Virus record (IMG/VR): IMGVR_UViG_3300008267_006666
Location: 1 to 54,108 of that record
Source: a virus
Lineage: Duplodnaviria; Caudoviricetes
Direction: 5' to 3' (one strand)
Length of the DNA: 54,108 nucleotides
In this document: in pieces, positions 18,580-28,998 of the stretch
How positions within the stretch are numbered: position 1 is the first letter of the stretch
Layout: every line of letters begins with the position of its first letter
The notes under the pieces: model-generated
Seen by the model: the letters and a program-made list of their open reading frames with translations, nothing else
What the model was told of the DNA's origin: nothing
Databases searched by the model: none
Translations under genes and position numbers: made by a program

Positions 18580-18790
18580 TAGTCTTAGTCCTTTCTTCGT
18601 ATTCTTTAAGGATTAAATTATACGTATTTTCTAATTTATCTAAATGATTTGTTAACTTAATTAAATTTGTTTTAGTGTCTTCAAAATCATCTTTGATAAA
18701 ATCTAAAGCGAATACTAAATCTTTATTATTAGAAGATTTAAAATCTTTTACTATTCTTAAAACTTTTTCCGCCTGTTCTTTTTTTGTCAT
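18572..18790 (-). CDS. Small coiled-coil protein
   Basis: 72-aa ORF coupled to its neighbours. Confidence 0.65.
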   Translation of the reverse strand: MTKKEQAEKVLRIVKDFKSSNNKDLVFALDFIKDDFEDTKTNLIKLTNHLDKLENTYNLILKEYEERTKTNG

Positions 18791-18792
18791 AA

Positions 18793-20709
18793 TTAAAACT
18801 TTTTACCGGAAACTTGTGTTAATGCGGTTGTGAATGCCGGTGTAACAATTAATGGAGGTATTGCAACATTTACTTTACCATTTTCAGCTTCTTCATTTGC
18901 CATTGCGGTCATTTGTCCAAAACGAGACAATATATCTAAATTAGGACTACCATCAGGTAAAGTCCCTGTCGGTATTCCTAAACTTTGAAACTCTTCTATC
19001 ATATTGATAAACGCTCTAGTTTCTGAATATCCGTCTAAAAGATCCGATAATAATAAAAGTGGTGAAGGTATACCATTAAAATTGTTAGGAATTAATTTTA
19101 ATAACGCTAATATCTCATCAATAACACTTTTACACCTCCTCCAATCTTGTATCAGACTGGCAACAATAATTAAAATTTCCGCTAATTTAGCAATCATTTT
19201 AAGTCTCTTATTATTACTTTCTTTAATGATATCTGCAATTACTTGTTGAACTAAAGTTTTAATATCTTTTTTAATTATCTCAAATAATTCCTCAATAAAT
19301 AATGCCGCAACTTTAGAAACTAAACTTATCACTAAACCATAAAATTGTTTGGTAAACTGAACATAAGAGTCCACTAAGTCAACCGCATTATTACCCAAAC
19401 CTTTAAAGGCAATATAAATCGGTAATAATACTTTTGGAGATAATAAAGAAACTACTAATCCTTGTGAAATAAGTTTTATAAAATTAACATTTAATGCGAT
19501 TTGAATGTCAAATCCATTGAACTGAGGATCGTTATTAACTTGATTAGTTAAATTGTCCGCAGCGTCAATTAAATTAACATCTTGAATATATTCTAAATTA
19601 TTTAAAGAATTTATAATCGCGTCAGCGTCTACAGGAATTTCCACATCGTCACACTCAATAAATTTGACAACACCTTTTCTAATATTTTCAAGTCTTTCTT
19701 CAATCGTTGACAGATCATTATCAGTAAATTCAAAAAATGAATTATCGATACCATCTAGTTCAGATACTTTAGCAATACCGCTAACGTCAATTTCTTTATC
19801 CTCATCAAAACATAACCCCAAAATCCTTTGGATTATTAATTGAAATTTTCCCATATCCTCAATTTGGAATTGTCCTGCACCAATATTAATTGATATCATA
19901 CCGGTAAGTTGCTCCATAATTGAAGCCAATATATTTTTGAATTCAACAACTTTTATTGTTTTATAGTAGTCCAATAAAAATTCATATATTAAAAAATTAT
20001 TCCCCCTGTTAACGATTTCAACCTTATACCAAGGTCCTGGTCTACCTAAATCATCGTTTTCAACATAAGTAATATCAAATAAAGGTTGATTAGATTTACC
20101 TAAATAATAATTTCCGTATTGAGTGTTAAAACTAACATTTGGAAATTGGATTCTGTTATATAATTCTTTGTTTGTCGCATTAGGTCTATCGTTAGGTGCT
20201 AAAGATCTTGTTTCATATAAACATCTACCCTCAATATCATTCGGATCAATTTTTAATAAATCAACTAAATCTATAGATTTAACTTTAATGTAAACAATTG
20301 TGTTTGGTTTAAAAGCCTGTTGTTGATCACAACCGACCGTTTTAAAAATTTCTTTATATAGAATATCTAAAATTTTAGGTTCAATATTATTTAAAGTTTT
20401 TAAAAAAGTTCTTTTTAAATAGTTGTAAGTGTTACCACCATTTTCATTTGTTAATGTCAATACTTCCAATAAATGGTCAAATTGAGTTTTAACTTTCTTT
20501 TCAAATTTTTTTAAATCTTTTTTTAAATCATTAGTTTTTTTACTAACCTTAGAAACTTTCTTAGTGACTTCAGATTTATTTTTTTCAAAAGAATCTTTAG
20601 CGGTTTTTTTCTTAGCTTTAACGTACTCAGTTTTTAAATCCTTATAATTTTTTATGGATTTAACTTTTTCTTTCGCTTTTTTATAGTCATTTTCTAAGTC
20701 TAAAGACAT
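18793..20709 (-). CDS. Hypothetical, probably structural, protein
   Basis: 638-aa ORF in the same operon as the spike gene. Confidence 0.65.
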   Translation of the reverse strand: MSLDLENDYKKAKEKVKSIKNYKDLKTEYVKAKKKTAKDSFEKNKSEVTKKVSKVSKKTNDLKKDLKKFEKKVKTQFDHLLEVLTLTNENGGNTYNYLKRTFLKTLNNIEPKILDILYKEIFKTVGCDQQQAFKPNTIVYIKVKSIDLVDLLKIDPNDIEGRCLYETRSLAPNDRPNATNKELYNRIQFPNVSFNTQYGNYYLGKSNQPLFDITYVENDDLGRPGPWYKVEIVNRGNNFLIYEFLLDYYKTIKVVEFKNILASIMEQLTGMISINIGAGQFQIEDMGKFQLIIQRILGLCFDEDKEIDVSGIAKVSELDGIDNSFFEFTDNDLSTIEERLENIRKGVVKFIECDDVEIPVDADAIINSLNNLEYIQDVNLIDAADNLTNQVNNDPQFNGFDIQIALNVNFIKLISQGLVVSLLSPKVLLPIYIAFKGLGNNAVDLVDSYVQFTKQFYGLVISLVSKVAALFIEELFEIIKKDIKTLVQQVIADIIKESNNKRLKMIAKLAEILIIVASLIQDWRRCKSVIDEILALLKLIPNNFNGIPSPLLLLSDLLDGYSETRAFINMIEEFQSLGIPTGTLPDGSPNLDILSRFGQMTAMANEEAENGKVNVAIPPLIVTPAFTTALTQVSGKKF

Positions 20710-21080
20710 TATTTTTTCATTTTAAAAGGTGTATTGTTATCAACATCTTTGTTGATTAACTCTGATAATATGTTATCATCAACATCTAAATCAGATAAAG
20801 AAAAAGACTCTTGAGTTGAATTTGTTTTTTCCCAAATACTTGATTGTAGTTTGGAAAGTGCTAATTTTTTATCCACACAATCATTAACAATTTTTTGTTG
20901 TTTTTCGATTACAGGACCAATGAGAGTCATATCTTCAGGTTCTTTCATCATTGCCAACATTTTATTTTGAATTCTAATTGCGGTAGTTCTTTGTTCGACT
21001 AACTCATTATATATCTCTTGCATTAGAGATAATATAGATTCTTTAGTTAGATTTATTTCTTTTTTTGGAGGTCTGCCCAT
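20709..21080 (-). CDS. Hypothetical helical protein
   Basis: 123-aa ORF; RTATTTAT on the reverse strand at 21086-21093. Confidence 0.65.
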   Translation of the reverse strand: MGRPPKKEINLTKESILSLMQEIYNELVEQRTTAIRIQNKMLAMMKEPEDMTLIGPVIEKQQKIVNDCVDKKLALSKLQSSIWEKTNSTQESFSLSDLDVDDNILSELINKDVDNNTPFKMKK

Positions 21081-21092
21081 AAATTATAAATA

Positions 21093-21842
21093 TTATTTAA
21101 CCATATTTTGAATTAAGTTCTCATATATTATTTTGAATTTTTTCATAGAGTTCCTAATTTCTTTAGTATTTAAATTAGTCATTTCTCTGATTGATAATAA
21201 TATGATATTTTTATTAAATTTATTATTATCATTACTTATAAAAATATCATCATAGTCTTCAAATATATCGTATAATGCTCGACCTAATTTGACTTCGTTT
21301 TCTGTTAAATCTTTTTTAACTAAAAACGAATCTAATTCTTTTAAAAAATTTTTAATTATTAATTCAGAATCTATATGTTCTTTATCTATCGTATATGAAA
21401 ATTCTTCATTATTTTCTAAATCAGAGGAGATATCTTCATAAGATATTTTACGATTAATTTCTTTTTGGTCTTTAATTATTTGACCCATAAGATAATTCTT
21501 ACATATCGTACCAAAATAAGAATAAGCTTTTTTCTCTTTTGACGGTTTAAACTTCTCAAGTTTTGTCATAAGGAAAGAGTGAGTATCTATATGAATTTCA
21601 TAAAAATCCATATCTTTTCTATATAATTTATATCTTCTAATAATTGAAGATATCATTTTGTCTAAAGGTTTTCTTAAAAACTCATTGTATATTTTGTTTC
21701 TTTCGTGTAAGGAAGTGGCCTCTAAAAATCTTAGAACGGCCATCTCCTCTTTAACATCAAAATAATTTGTTTGAGTTGGTTTCCTACCTTTCTTCTTAGA
21801 CTCAACACTTGTTTCGCCTGATAAAGTAATATTTTCAAACAT
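21093..21842 (-). CDS. Phage sigma factor, T4 gp55-like (late transcription)
   Basis: LEKFKPSKEKKAYSYFGTICKNYL…I.KDQKE resembles sigma region 2.3-2.4 as in gp55. Confidence 0.65.
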   Translation of the reverse strand: MFENITLSGETSVESKKKGRKPTQTNYFDVKEEMAVLRFLEATSLHERNKIYNEFLRKPLDKMISSIIRRYKLYRKDMDFYEIHIDTHSFLMTKLEKFKPSKEKKAYSYFGTICKNYLMGQIIKDQKEINRKISYEDISSDLENNEEFSYTIDKEHIDSELIIKNFLKELDSFLVKKDLTENEVKLGRALYDIFEDYDDIFISNDNNKFNKNIILLSIREMTNLNTKEIRNSMKKFKIIYENLIQNMVK

Positions 21843-22645
21843 TAAACTTCACTAGGTTCATATTTTATGGCTCTATCATTAATAAAGAAATATTCTTTTT
21901 TTGCCGAGTCGACCCAAAATCTAACCTCATTGTCAGTTAAAATATTATCACCATTTTTATAATTCCAAAATATAGAACCTTCTCTTAAATTAGTATGTTT
22001 ATACCCAATTCTAGGTATTGTCATAAATTTAATGGAATTATGTGTCATTCTTAAAAAGAATTCATAACCAAATGTTAGTTTAAAAGATGGTTTTAAAAGT
22101 CCAAAATCAATAAAAGAAGATTTTTTAATAACCATTCCTGATGTTTGGAAATTTTGATAATTTTGTAAAGTTTCATTAGTTAGGTAACCCATTTCAGATG
22201 AAATGTTAAGAGCGAATGTTGCTTCATTTGTGAAACCCGCGAAAACACCTTTCTCGTCAGTATCAACAACAATAGGTAAAAAAGCGTCAACATCAGGATA
22301 TGAATCTGAAAACTTTTTAACATTCTTGAACCAAATTTTAGAATATTCATCATCGAATTCGAATAATGAAACCCAATTTGATTTCGCACTTCTAACGCCA
22401 AAATTAATTTGGTTTGAGTAATTGGCTTCTTTAGTCCACTCAATTTTTACAACATTAATGTCACCAAAATCAAATTGATTTAAAAATTCAACCAAATTAG
22501 TTTCATTTGTATGAACTATAATTAATTCATTAATCCCAACAACTTGTTGTTTTAAGGATTCAATACATTTTTTAAAATAATCCTCAAACCAAGCACTGCT
22601 TGAAGATTTAATTGGTAATATTACCGATACGTCAAATTTTTCCAT
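21842..22645 (-). CDS. Glycosyltransferase, GT2/GT-A
   Basis: VSVILP…CIESL…NELIIV…LFEFDD. Confidence 0.8.
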   Translation of the reverse strand: MEKFDVSVILPIKSSSSAWFEDYFKKCIESLKQQVVGINELIIVHTNETNLVEFLNQFDFGDINVVKIEWTKEANYSNQINFGVRSAKSNWVSLFEFDDEYSKIWFKNVKKFSDSYPDVDAFLPIVVDTDEKGVFAGFTNEATFALNISSEMGYLTNETLQNYQNFQTSGMVIKKSSFIDFGLLKPSFKLTFGYEFFLRMTHNSIKFMTIPRIGYKHTNLREGSIFWNYKNGDNILTDNEVRFWVDSAKKEYFFINDRAIKYEPSEV

Positions 22646-22647
22646 TA

Positions 22648-23709
22648 TTATTCTGCTATTTGAAGTTTATTTAATTGTTCTTCGAAAGATTCTAATCTCT
22701 TATTTATATACGATTCAAATAATTCAATTGATTTTGAATTAAATTCTTGTTCTGTTGGTAATTCAGAAATAGTTTTTTTCATACCCTCAGATAAACCATC
22801 ACTAACATTATCTTCTAACCAGTTTTGTAAAAATTGAGATGTAAAATCAACCAATTGGTTTTTGTTATTAATCCATAATCCATTATCTTCATTCATCCAA
22901 CTAGGAACTAAATTAGGGACTAATCCAATAACAGGTACTCCCGATTTCATAGACTCCAATGGGAATGTTCCGTAAGCACTTGTTTCATCAATCCATACCG
23001 AAACAAAACAATCTTTTAAATTTTTTGCAAATTCTTTTTGAGATAATCCCCTCATATCTTTAAAAGTTATCCATCTGTATTGAGGGAATTTAATATAGAA
23101 AGTTTTAATAAAATTTGCGGTATCTCTTTGTTCTCTTGAGTGAATAGCGATAATTGGTTTTGCCGGGTAATTACTTGGGGCGAAGTCTTCAGAAATAAAA
23201 GGTTTTAGAATATCGTAAGAAACATTTCTCATAACACTTTCAAGATGCTCTTTTTGGATTTCTGATGTTGTAATACACTTATAAAATCCGTGTTGAGTCC
23301 AAGTTTGACCTGGTTGTAAGGTTTCCAACATATGGTCATAAGCTTGACACAAAATAATTTTACCACAAGGTAGATTTGATATTTGACTCATTACAAAACC
23401 GAATAGTTCTGGTATAATGATAAAATCTTCAGGAGCAACCTCCAAATTTTGACCTTCAATAGCTCTATGAGGTAATTTTTCCATATAATCAGAACCCAAC
23501 CAACCTGATACACCCATATAGTCCGGCTTTTCGTGTAACATAATTGGATTGTACCCTCCTTTTAATAAGGCCATTCCTAAATTATAAATGTAAGAAATGG
23601 ATGCTTTTGCATTACCTTTTGTGTCTTGAACTAAAAGATAAATCCTTGATTTTTTTTCTTTTAAATTTTTAACTGATTGTTCCAGTTTTACTAATTGTTC
23701 TTGATTCAT
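22648..23709 (-). CDS. Glycosyltransferase, GT-B (GT4-like)
   Basis: SAYGTFPLESMKSGVPVI motif; IIIPE. Confidence 0.7.
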   Translation of the reverse strand: MNQEQLVKLEQSVKNLKEKKSRIYLLVQDTKGNAKASISYIYNLGMALLKGGYNPIMLHEKPDYMGVSGWLGSDYMEKLPHRAIEGQNLEVAPEDFIIIPELFGFVMSQISNLPCGKIILCQAYDHMLETLQPGQTWTQHGFYKCITTSEIQKEHLESVMRNVSYDILKPFISEDFAPSNYPAKPIIAIHSREQRDTANFIKTFYIKFPQYRWITFKDMRGLSQKEFAKNLKDCFVSVWIDETSAYGTFPLESMKSGVPVIGLVPNLVPSWMNEDNGLWINNKNQLVDFTSQFLQNWLEDNVSDGLSEGMKKTISELPTEQEFNSKSIELFESYINKRLESFEEQLNKLQIAE

Positions 23710-23712
23710 AGT

Positions 23713-23988
23713 TTAATATTTGTTTATTAATTTTTTATTTAATAATGAGTTAAACGCTAATTTAAACGGGATTGATAAATCGTTTGACGCTTTTAAACCT
23801 AATGTTTCATCGGCCTCCTCATCTTCAGTTAGAACCGTATCGATTAACATTTTAACCATTTCGTATTTAACCACAGATATTTGATTTGTTGGTTCTCCCG
23901 AAAATTCACTTTCAATTGGTTCTACATTTATGAATTCTTCTATCTCATCTAAATCGAAATAGTAGTGGTCTCCTAAAATTTTTAACAT
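23713..23988 (-). CDS. Hypothetical protein
   Basis: 91-aa ORF within the operon. Confidence 0.65.
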   Translation of the reverse strand: MLKILGDHYYFDLDEIEEFINVEPIESEFSGEPTNQISVVKYEMVKMLIDTVLTEDEEADETLGLKASNDLSIPFKLAFNSLLNKKLINKY

Positions 23989-24581
23989 ATTATTTCTTTT
24001 AATTTGTTTTCAAAATCTCTAATAGTTGTAATTGTGTTTTGATTTTGAATGTGTTTATTATAACTCGTCTCAAATTTTATAACAATTTTGTCTGACGGAT
24101 GATCTAATAATAAGGAAGGATTTGCCGTAAGTAAAACATCAATTTCGTCCCACATTGAATTAATTGTGTAATTACTATAAAATTTTACTTTTTCAAATAA
24201 ACAACCAAACTTAGATAAGAAAAATAAAGTAGCTGGTTTTGATTTACCAATCTCATCCGATATAATAATTAAATCGTGATTATCTCTTAAATTATGATAG
24301 ATTTGATTTAAATCATTAAATGTGGTATATTCTGATGATTGGGAATGGCCGAAGATTTCCATTGGAAATTCTTCATAAAGAAATGAAAATAATTCTTCGT
24401 CATTTCTAAAATTAAAATGGTCTTTTAAATCAATTGATTCTACCGGTAGTTTTATCTCGTATTTGAAATCATCTTCAGACTCAATTCCATCGGTTTTATC
24501 TATCAGGAATTTTTGATATGTCTGAGTGATTTTATCGATGGTGTTTCTTAATACCCCATTAACATCAACTCCTATTCTCAT
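23982..24581 (-). CDS. HAD-superfamily 5'(3')-deoxyribonucleotidase-like protein
   Basis: MRIGVDVNGVLRN (motif I, DxN variant); YN near the C-terminus. Confidence 0.65.
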   Translation of the reverse strand: MRIGVDVNGVLRNTIDKITQTYQKFLIDKTDGIESEDDFKYEIKLPVESIDLKDHFNFRNDEELFSFLYEEFPMEIFGHSQSSEYTTFNDLNQIYHNLRDNHDLIIISDEIGKSKPATLFFLSKFGCLFEKVKFYSNYTINSMWDEIDVLLTANPSLLLDHPSDKIVIKFETSYNKHIQNQNTITTIRDFENKLKEIIC

Positions 24582-25303
24582 TCTTCGTATCTTTTTAATA
24601 TTTTACCAATTAACGGATTACGTACAATATCTTTAGGGTCAAACTCAAATACTCCAACATCGTCTAAACCTTTAAATTTAGATAAAGCGTCCCACAAACC
24701 TGTTTGAGTTTTATCTTTATGTCTATCGAATTGTTCCAAATCTCCCGATATGAAAAACTTACTATTAAAACCAATCCTTGTCAATAGTAACTTCATTTGA
24801 TTTGGAGTCGAGTTTTGAGCTTCCTCAAAAATTAAGATTGAATTATCGATATTCATACCTCTCATATATGCTAATGCAAAAACCTCAATAACATCCATAT
24901 TTTTTAATTTTTCTCTAACATCCTTACCGATTAATTTATTCATCAGATAATAAGAAGGGAAAATATATGGGTCTAATTTTTCTTCCATATTCCCAGGAAG
25001 ACTACCAAGTTTTTCTTCAGCCTCAACCGCTGGTCTGACAATTATAATTTTTTCGTATGGAGTTGTTGGGTCGGCCAATAAGTCAATAGCCGCTTTCATA
25101 GCGATATAACTTTTACCAACACCGGCAGGTCCTGAACAAATTGTAATCTGACTTTTGGTTAGTAAATCATAATATTTTTTTTGATTTTCGGATAAGAATT
25201 TTTCTTTTGTTTTTCTTTTTATTAATTCAGAAATAATCTCTTTTTTTGTTTTATAAGTTTTCGGTTCTTCTGAATTGTTATTTGTTTTTTTTCTTTGAGT
25301 CAT
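24578..25303 (-). CDS. phoH: PhoH-family ATPase
   Basis: GPAGVGKS, RPAVEA.EKLG.LPG, AYMRG, EEAQN, LTRIG, GD..Q.D, VRNPLI. Confidence 0.95.
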   Translation of the reverse strand: MTQRKKTNNNSEEPKTYKTKKEIISELIKRKTKEKFLSENQKKYYDLLTKSQITICSGPAGVGKSYIAMKAAIDLLADPTTPYEKIIIVRPAVEAEEKLGSLPGNMEEKLDPYIFPSYYLMNKLIGKDVREKLKNMDVIEVFALAYMRGMNIDNSILIFEEAQNSTPNQMKLLLTRIGFNSKFFISGDLEQFDRHKDKTQTGLWDALSKFKGLDDVGVFEFDPKDIVRNPLIGKILKRYEE

Positions 25304-25880
25304 AATTATTTGGTCTTAGTTTATTATAGAATGATATTGGTTGATTCCATATTGCACATTTTTTTTCGTAAAAATTAAAAACGGAATCCCAAAATAAAAA
25401 ATCACGAGCTTGATATTTTTGAGTTACTTCTGTTGGCCATCTAACTGATTTAAGACAAGACGTGTGACATAAAACATTACCGGTATCGATATGACAATAT
25501 ACTGGTTTTGAGGCTATTAATCTTAATTTATCGTCAGTATCAATCTGTTCACCAACTAACATTCCGATAAAATTATTTTCCTCACATTCTTTATATTTTA
25601 TATACATATTTTCGTGAAAAATTGTATCATCATCCAAAAAACAAAAATACCCTGATTTTATATTATTTAAAGCGGTATTTCTTTTTATTGTAGTATTATT
25701 ATCTTCGCAATCCAATTCATATATTATAACTCTTTTATCTTTTATTATAAAATCATTTTTTAAATCTTCTCTCCTACTTGATTTTGATATATGCCAAGTT
25801 ATGTCATCATTTATTAAAATTGAATTATATACCTTTTCAAGGTTCTCAAATCTATATAGCGGGGTAACGATATGTAACAT
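25278..25880 (-). CDS. Glycosyltransferase, GT2/GT-A
   Basis: IVTP..R, KRN.AL, FCFLDDD, IDTG. Confidence 0.75.
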   Translation of the reverse strand: MLHIVTPLYRFENLEKVYNSILINDDITWHISKSSRREDLKNDFIIKDKRVIIYELDCEDNNTTIKRNTALNNIKSGYFCFLDDDTIFHENMYIKYKECEENNFIGMLVGEQIDTDDKLRLIASKPVYCHIDTGNVLCHTSCLKSVRWPTEVTQKYQARDFLFWDSVFNFYEKKCAIWNQPISFYNKLRPNNYDSKKKNK

Positions 25881-25881
25881 A

Positions 25882-26985
25882 TTATAATATTTTTTTTAAT
25901 GCGTTAGTAACATAATTAACATCATCGTCAGTTAAGTTTTGATGTAATGGTATGTTTAGCCCGACCTCATTCAATTTTTCGGTATTTTCTAAATAAAAAT
26001 TAGATTTAAATATATCGTTTAAATGAAGTGGGTGATATCTTAAAGTGGTATAAATACCTAAATCAAATAATTTTTTAGCGATTTCGTTTCTTTTATTATT
26101 TGTGAATTGAATAAAATATGTAAAATACGAATGTGTTTGGTTAGACTCACAATTAATTGGTTGTATTAAATTTATATTTTTAAATTCTTCCTGGTAGAAG
26201 TCCCATATTTTTTTTCTTCTATCTTGATTTTTATTTAAATTTTTTAATTGTGTTAAGGCTAAAGAACCTTCAATATCGGATGGCAACATTTTAATATTAG
26301 CATCTTTTATATCATATTCCCACCAAACCTTGTCATTTTTTTTTTGAGCGGAATCAAACCCTGAAAAACCAATACCACAATATCTCATCATTAATGATTT
26401 TTCGGACATTTTATTATTCTTAAAATAAATTCCACCACCTTCACCAACGGCAATGTTTTTGACAGAATCAAAACTCCAAACTCCAGCATCGCCAAAAGTA
26501 CCACAAAATTCGCCGTTTACCGTTGAGTCTACGGCGTGGGCGGCATCTTCAATAACAGGGAATCCTAAATCAATTATTGGTTTAATATCTACGGGTAACC
26601 CAGCATAATGAACAACCATTATTGCCGATGTTTTACTTGTTATTTTTTCTTTAATCAAATCAATAGTAACATTTTGTGTTAATAAATCAACGTCACAAAA
26701 AATTGGAATTAAGTCATTTAAAATGATTGATTGTGCACAACTGACCCAAGTAAATGATGGTAAGATTACCTCACTTTTTGGAGGTAGATTTAAATTTTTC
26801 AACGCCAAAAACAACGCGTTTGAACCCGAATCCAACATCAAAAAATTATCAACTTTTAACCTATTTTTAAATTCTTGTTCGAATTGTTTAACGTTTTTTC
26901 CAATACCCGTCCATCCGTTTTTTAAACATTCGACAACTCCGTCAATGTCTTCTTGTGTATATTTTGAACCAAAAACTGAAATCAT
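25882..26985 (-). CDS. DegT/DnrJ/EryC1/StrS nucleotide-sugar aminotransferase
   Basis: VHYAG, IEDAAHA, SFDSVKNIAVGEGG with the PLP lysine. Confidence 0.92.
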   Translation of the reverse strand: MISVFGSKYTQEDIDGVVECLKNGWTGIGKNVKQFEQEFKNRLKVDNFLMLDSGSNALFLALKNLNLPPKSEVILPSFTWVSCAQSIILNDLIPIFCDVDLLTQNVTIDLIKEKITSKTSAIMVVHYAGLPVDIKPIIDLGFPVIEDAAHAVDSTVNGEFCGTFGDAGVWSFDSVKNIAVGEGGGIYFKNNKMSEKSLMMRYCGIGFSGFDSAQKKNDKVWWEYDIKDANIKMLPSDIEGSLALTQLKNLNKNQDRRKKIWDFYQEEFKNINLIQPINCESNQTHSYFTYFIQFTNNKRNEIAKKLFDLGIYTTLRYHPLHLNDIFKSNFYLENTEKLNEVGLNIPLHQNLTDDDVNYVTNALKKIL

Positions 26986-27626
26986 ATAATTTTATTTTCT
27001 CTAATTATTTTACAAGGACTTCCATATGCCACTACGTTATCCGGTATGTCTTTAACCACTAAAGAACCTGCGCCAATTATCACATTTTTACCTATTGAGA
27101 CTCCATTTAATACGTTTGTACCCATCCCAATTATAGTATTTTCACCTATTATTGAATGTCCGGCTATATTAACTCCAGGATTTATCGTTACAAAATCACC
27201 TATCACATCGTGGTGGCCAACTAAAGAATTCCCATTTATTGAAACGAAATTACCTATTTTTGTGTGAGGACCTATCGAAGATAGTGCATTTATTAAACAC
27301 CCACTACCAATTTCAGTAGTCGAGGATATTTGAGATGATTTATGTATTATATTAATAAACTTGTCAATTTTTATTTTAAAATATTCAAATATTTTTTTTT
27401 TGGCTTCAGGTGAATATGCCCCTATAATAAACTCAGAACTTAAACTTTCTAAATGACCAACAATTTCAAATTTAAATTTTGGGTTATTAAATTCATAAAT
27501 CACATCTAAATTTTGATTATTAATTATTTTAATATTTGGAAATAGGTAGTTAGATTCTAAATTACTGAAAATCATAGATAATGTGGCGTCACTTTTACCT
27601 AATATTGTTAATTTTTTGGTTTCCAT
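26982..27626 (-). CDS. PglD/NeuD-like sugar acyltransferase (left-handed beta-helix)
   Basis: Hexapeptide repeats, GHHD, IGAGSLV.KD, G.PCK. Confidence 0.88.
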   Translation of the reverse strand: METKKLTILGKSDATLSMIFSNLESNYLFPNIKIINNQNLDVIYEFNNPKFKFEIVGHLESLSSEFIIGAYSPEAKKKIFEYFKIKIDKFINIIHKSSQISSTTEIGSGCLINALSSIGPHTKIGNFVSINGNSLVGHHDVIGDFVTINPGVNIAGHSIIGENTIIGMGTNVLNGVSIGKNVIIGAGSLVVKDIPDNVVAYGSPCKIIRENKII

Positions 27627-28425
27627 ACCCTAATTTTTTAAACTCTAAAGGATTCATAATTTTTAAATCCATCTCATTCATAATGATATGAATCCTTTTT
27701 AATAAATCAATATTGGTTGTCTTTTCTCTATCTCTGTAATATAAGTTATCCTCAAGACCAATTCTAATACCGTCAAAATATAATAAACCCATAATGTTAC
27801 TTCTAAGTTGGTCTTTACCTATCCCACCAAGACACATTAAAGAATTTTCAGGTTTATTATAATATATTGAGGATATTGTTGATAAATCGGTTTGAGCGTT
27901 ATATATATTACCCAATATAACGTTAATATAGTGAGGACCTTTTAATATATTTCTTGAAATTAAATAGTTTGTGTAATTTAACATTCCACTATCAAAACAC
28001 TCAATCTCAGGTATAACGCCACAATCATCCATTTTTTGGATTAACTTTAAAATCATATCAGGTTCATTAACCGATGCTGATTTTGGGAAATTAAGTGATG
28101 ACATTGTTAGAGAACCCATATCGGGATAAAGTTCTAATACCTCAGAACGTTTTTCAAACTCAGGATGTAATCTTCCCGTTAAAGAAACACAAATAGATAA
28201 GTTAGGACAATATTTTCTTATCCCTGTTATAATTTCACCATATACGTCTTTTCTATATGTGTTAGAAAAATCTTTTGGGTCTCTCGCATGAATGTGAGTA
28301 ACGGTGATACCTAATTCGTAAGCGTTATGAACCTCCTCAATAATTTCATTTGGAGTTAGTGGTGCTAAAGAATTATCTCTAGTTGTTTGAGTCCCAGTTG
28401 GTGTAAAATTAATTATTTTTATCAT
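27595..28425 (-). CDS. Beta-keto acid cleavage enzyme (BKACE/DUF849, Kce-like)
   Basis: P.TPNEI, HIHARD, PDMGSL..SSLNF, PEIECFD.G, RIGLEDN. Confidence 0.88.
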   Translation of the reverse strand: MIKIINFTPTGTQTTRDNSLAPLTPNEIIEEVHNAYELGITVTHIHARDPKDFSNTYRKDVYGEIITGIRKYCPNLSICVSLTGRLHPEFEKRSEVLELYPDMGSLTMSSLNFPKSASVNEPDMILKLIQKMDDCGVIPEIECFDSGMLNYTNYLISRNILKGPHYINVILGNIYNAQTDLSTISSIYYNKPENSLMCLGGIGKDQLRSNIMGLLYFDGIRIGLEDNLYYRDREKTTNIDLLKRIHIIMNEMDLKIMNPLEFKKLGYGNQKINNIR

Positions 28426-28449
28426 TTTATAACTTTAATACCTATATAA

Positions 28450-28992
28450 TTAATGTTTTTTTACAATACAAAACGTTGGACACCCATCTTTAGTTAAGTA
28501 ATCTATTTTTAATTTTTTTTCTTCACAAAATTCGTTTACCGCTTTTACAACCCCCTCAAATCTAGGTGATACATAATCGTGACCACATATAAATCCATTA
28601 TTTTTTATTTTAGAATAACTAATTTCCAAATCTTTTTTTATCCCTTCGTATGAGTGATCACCATCAATATATATTAAATCGAAATATTGGTCTATAAAGT
28701 TGTTTAAAATTTTTTCACTATAACCTTTATGTAATAAAACATTTTTATTGTTTTTATATGTTTCAGTTAATAAAGAATATTCTTTATCTAAGTTAGTCCA
28801 AACTATATTATCCCCATTTTTATCACCGGAACACATTTCACCGTCAAAAATATCGATTAAATGTAATTCATCGGGTTTTAATTTTTCTAATAAAATTTTA
28901 GAAAATTCTCCTTTAAATACACCTATTTCACAGACTATTTTTTTTTCCTTTATAAAATCTAAAAGTTCCTCTCTAGTATTTAAAAAAACCAT
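28450..28992 (-). CDS. Class I SAM methyltransferase (Methyltransf_24-like)
   Basis: EIGVFKG, IYIDGDHSYE, GHDY. Confidence 0.85.
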   Translation of the reverse strand: MVFLNTREELLDFIKEKKIVCEIGVFKGEFSKILLEKLKPDELHLIDIFDGEMCSGDKNGDNIVWTNLDKEYSLLTETYKNNKNVLLHKGYSEKILNNFIDQYFDLIYIDGDHSYEGIKKDLEISYSKIKNNGFICGHDYVSPRFEGVVKAVNEFCEEKKLKIDYLTKDGCPTFCIVKKH

Positions 28993-28998
28993 AATTAA

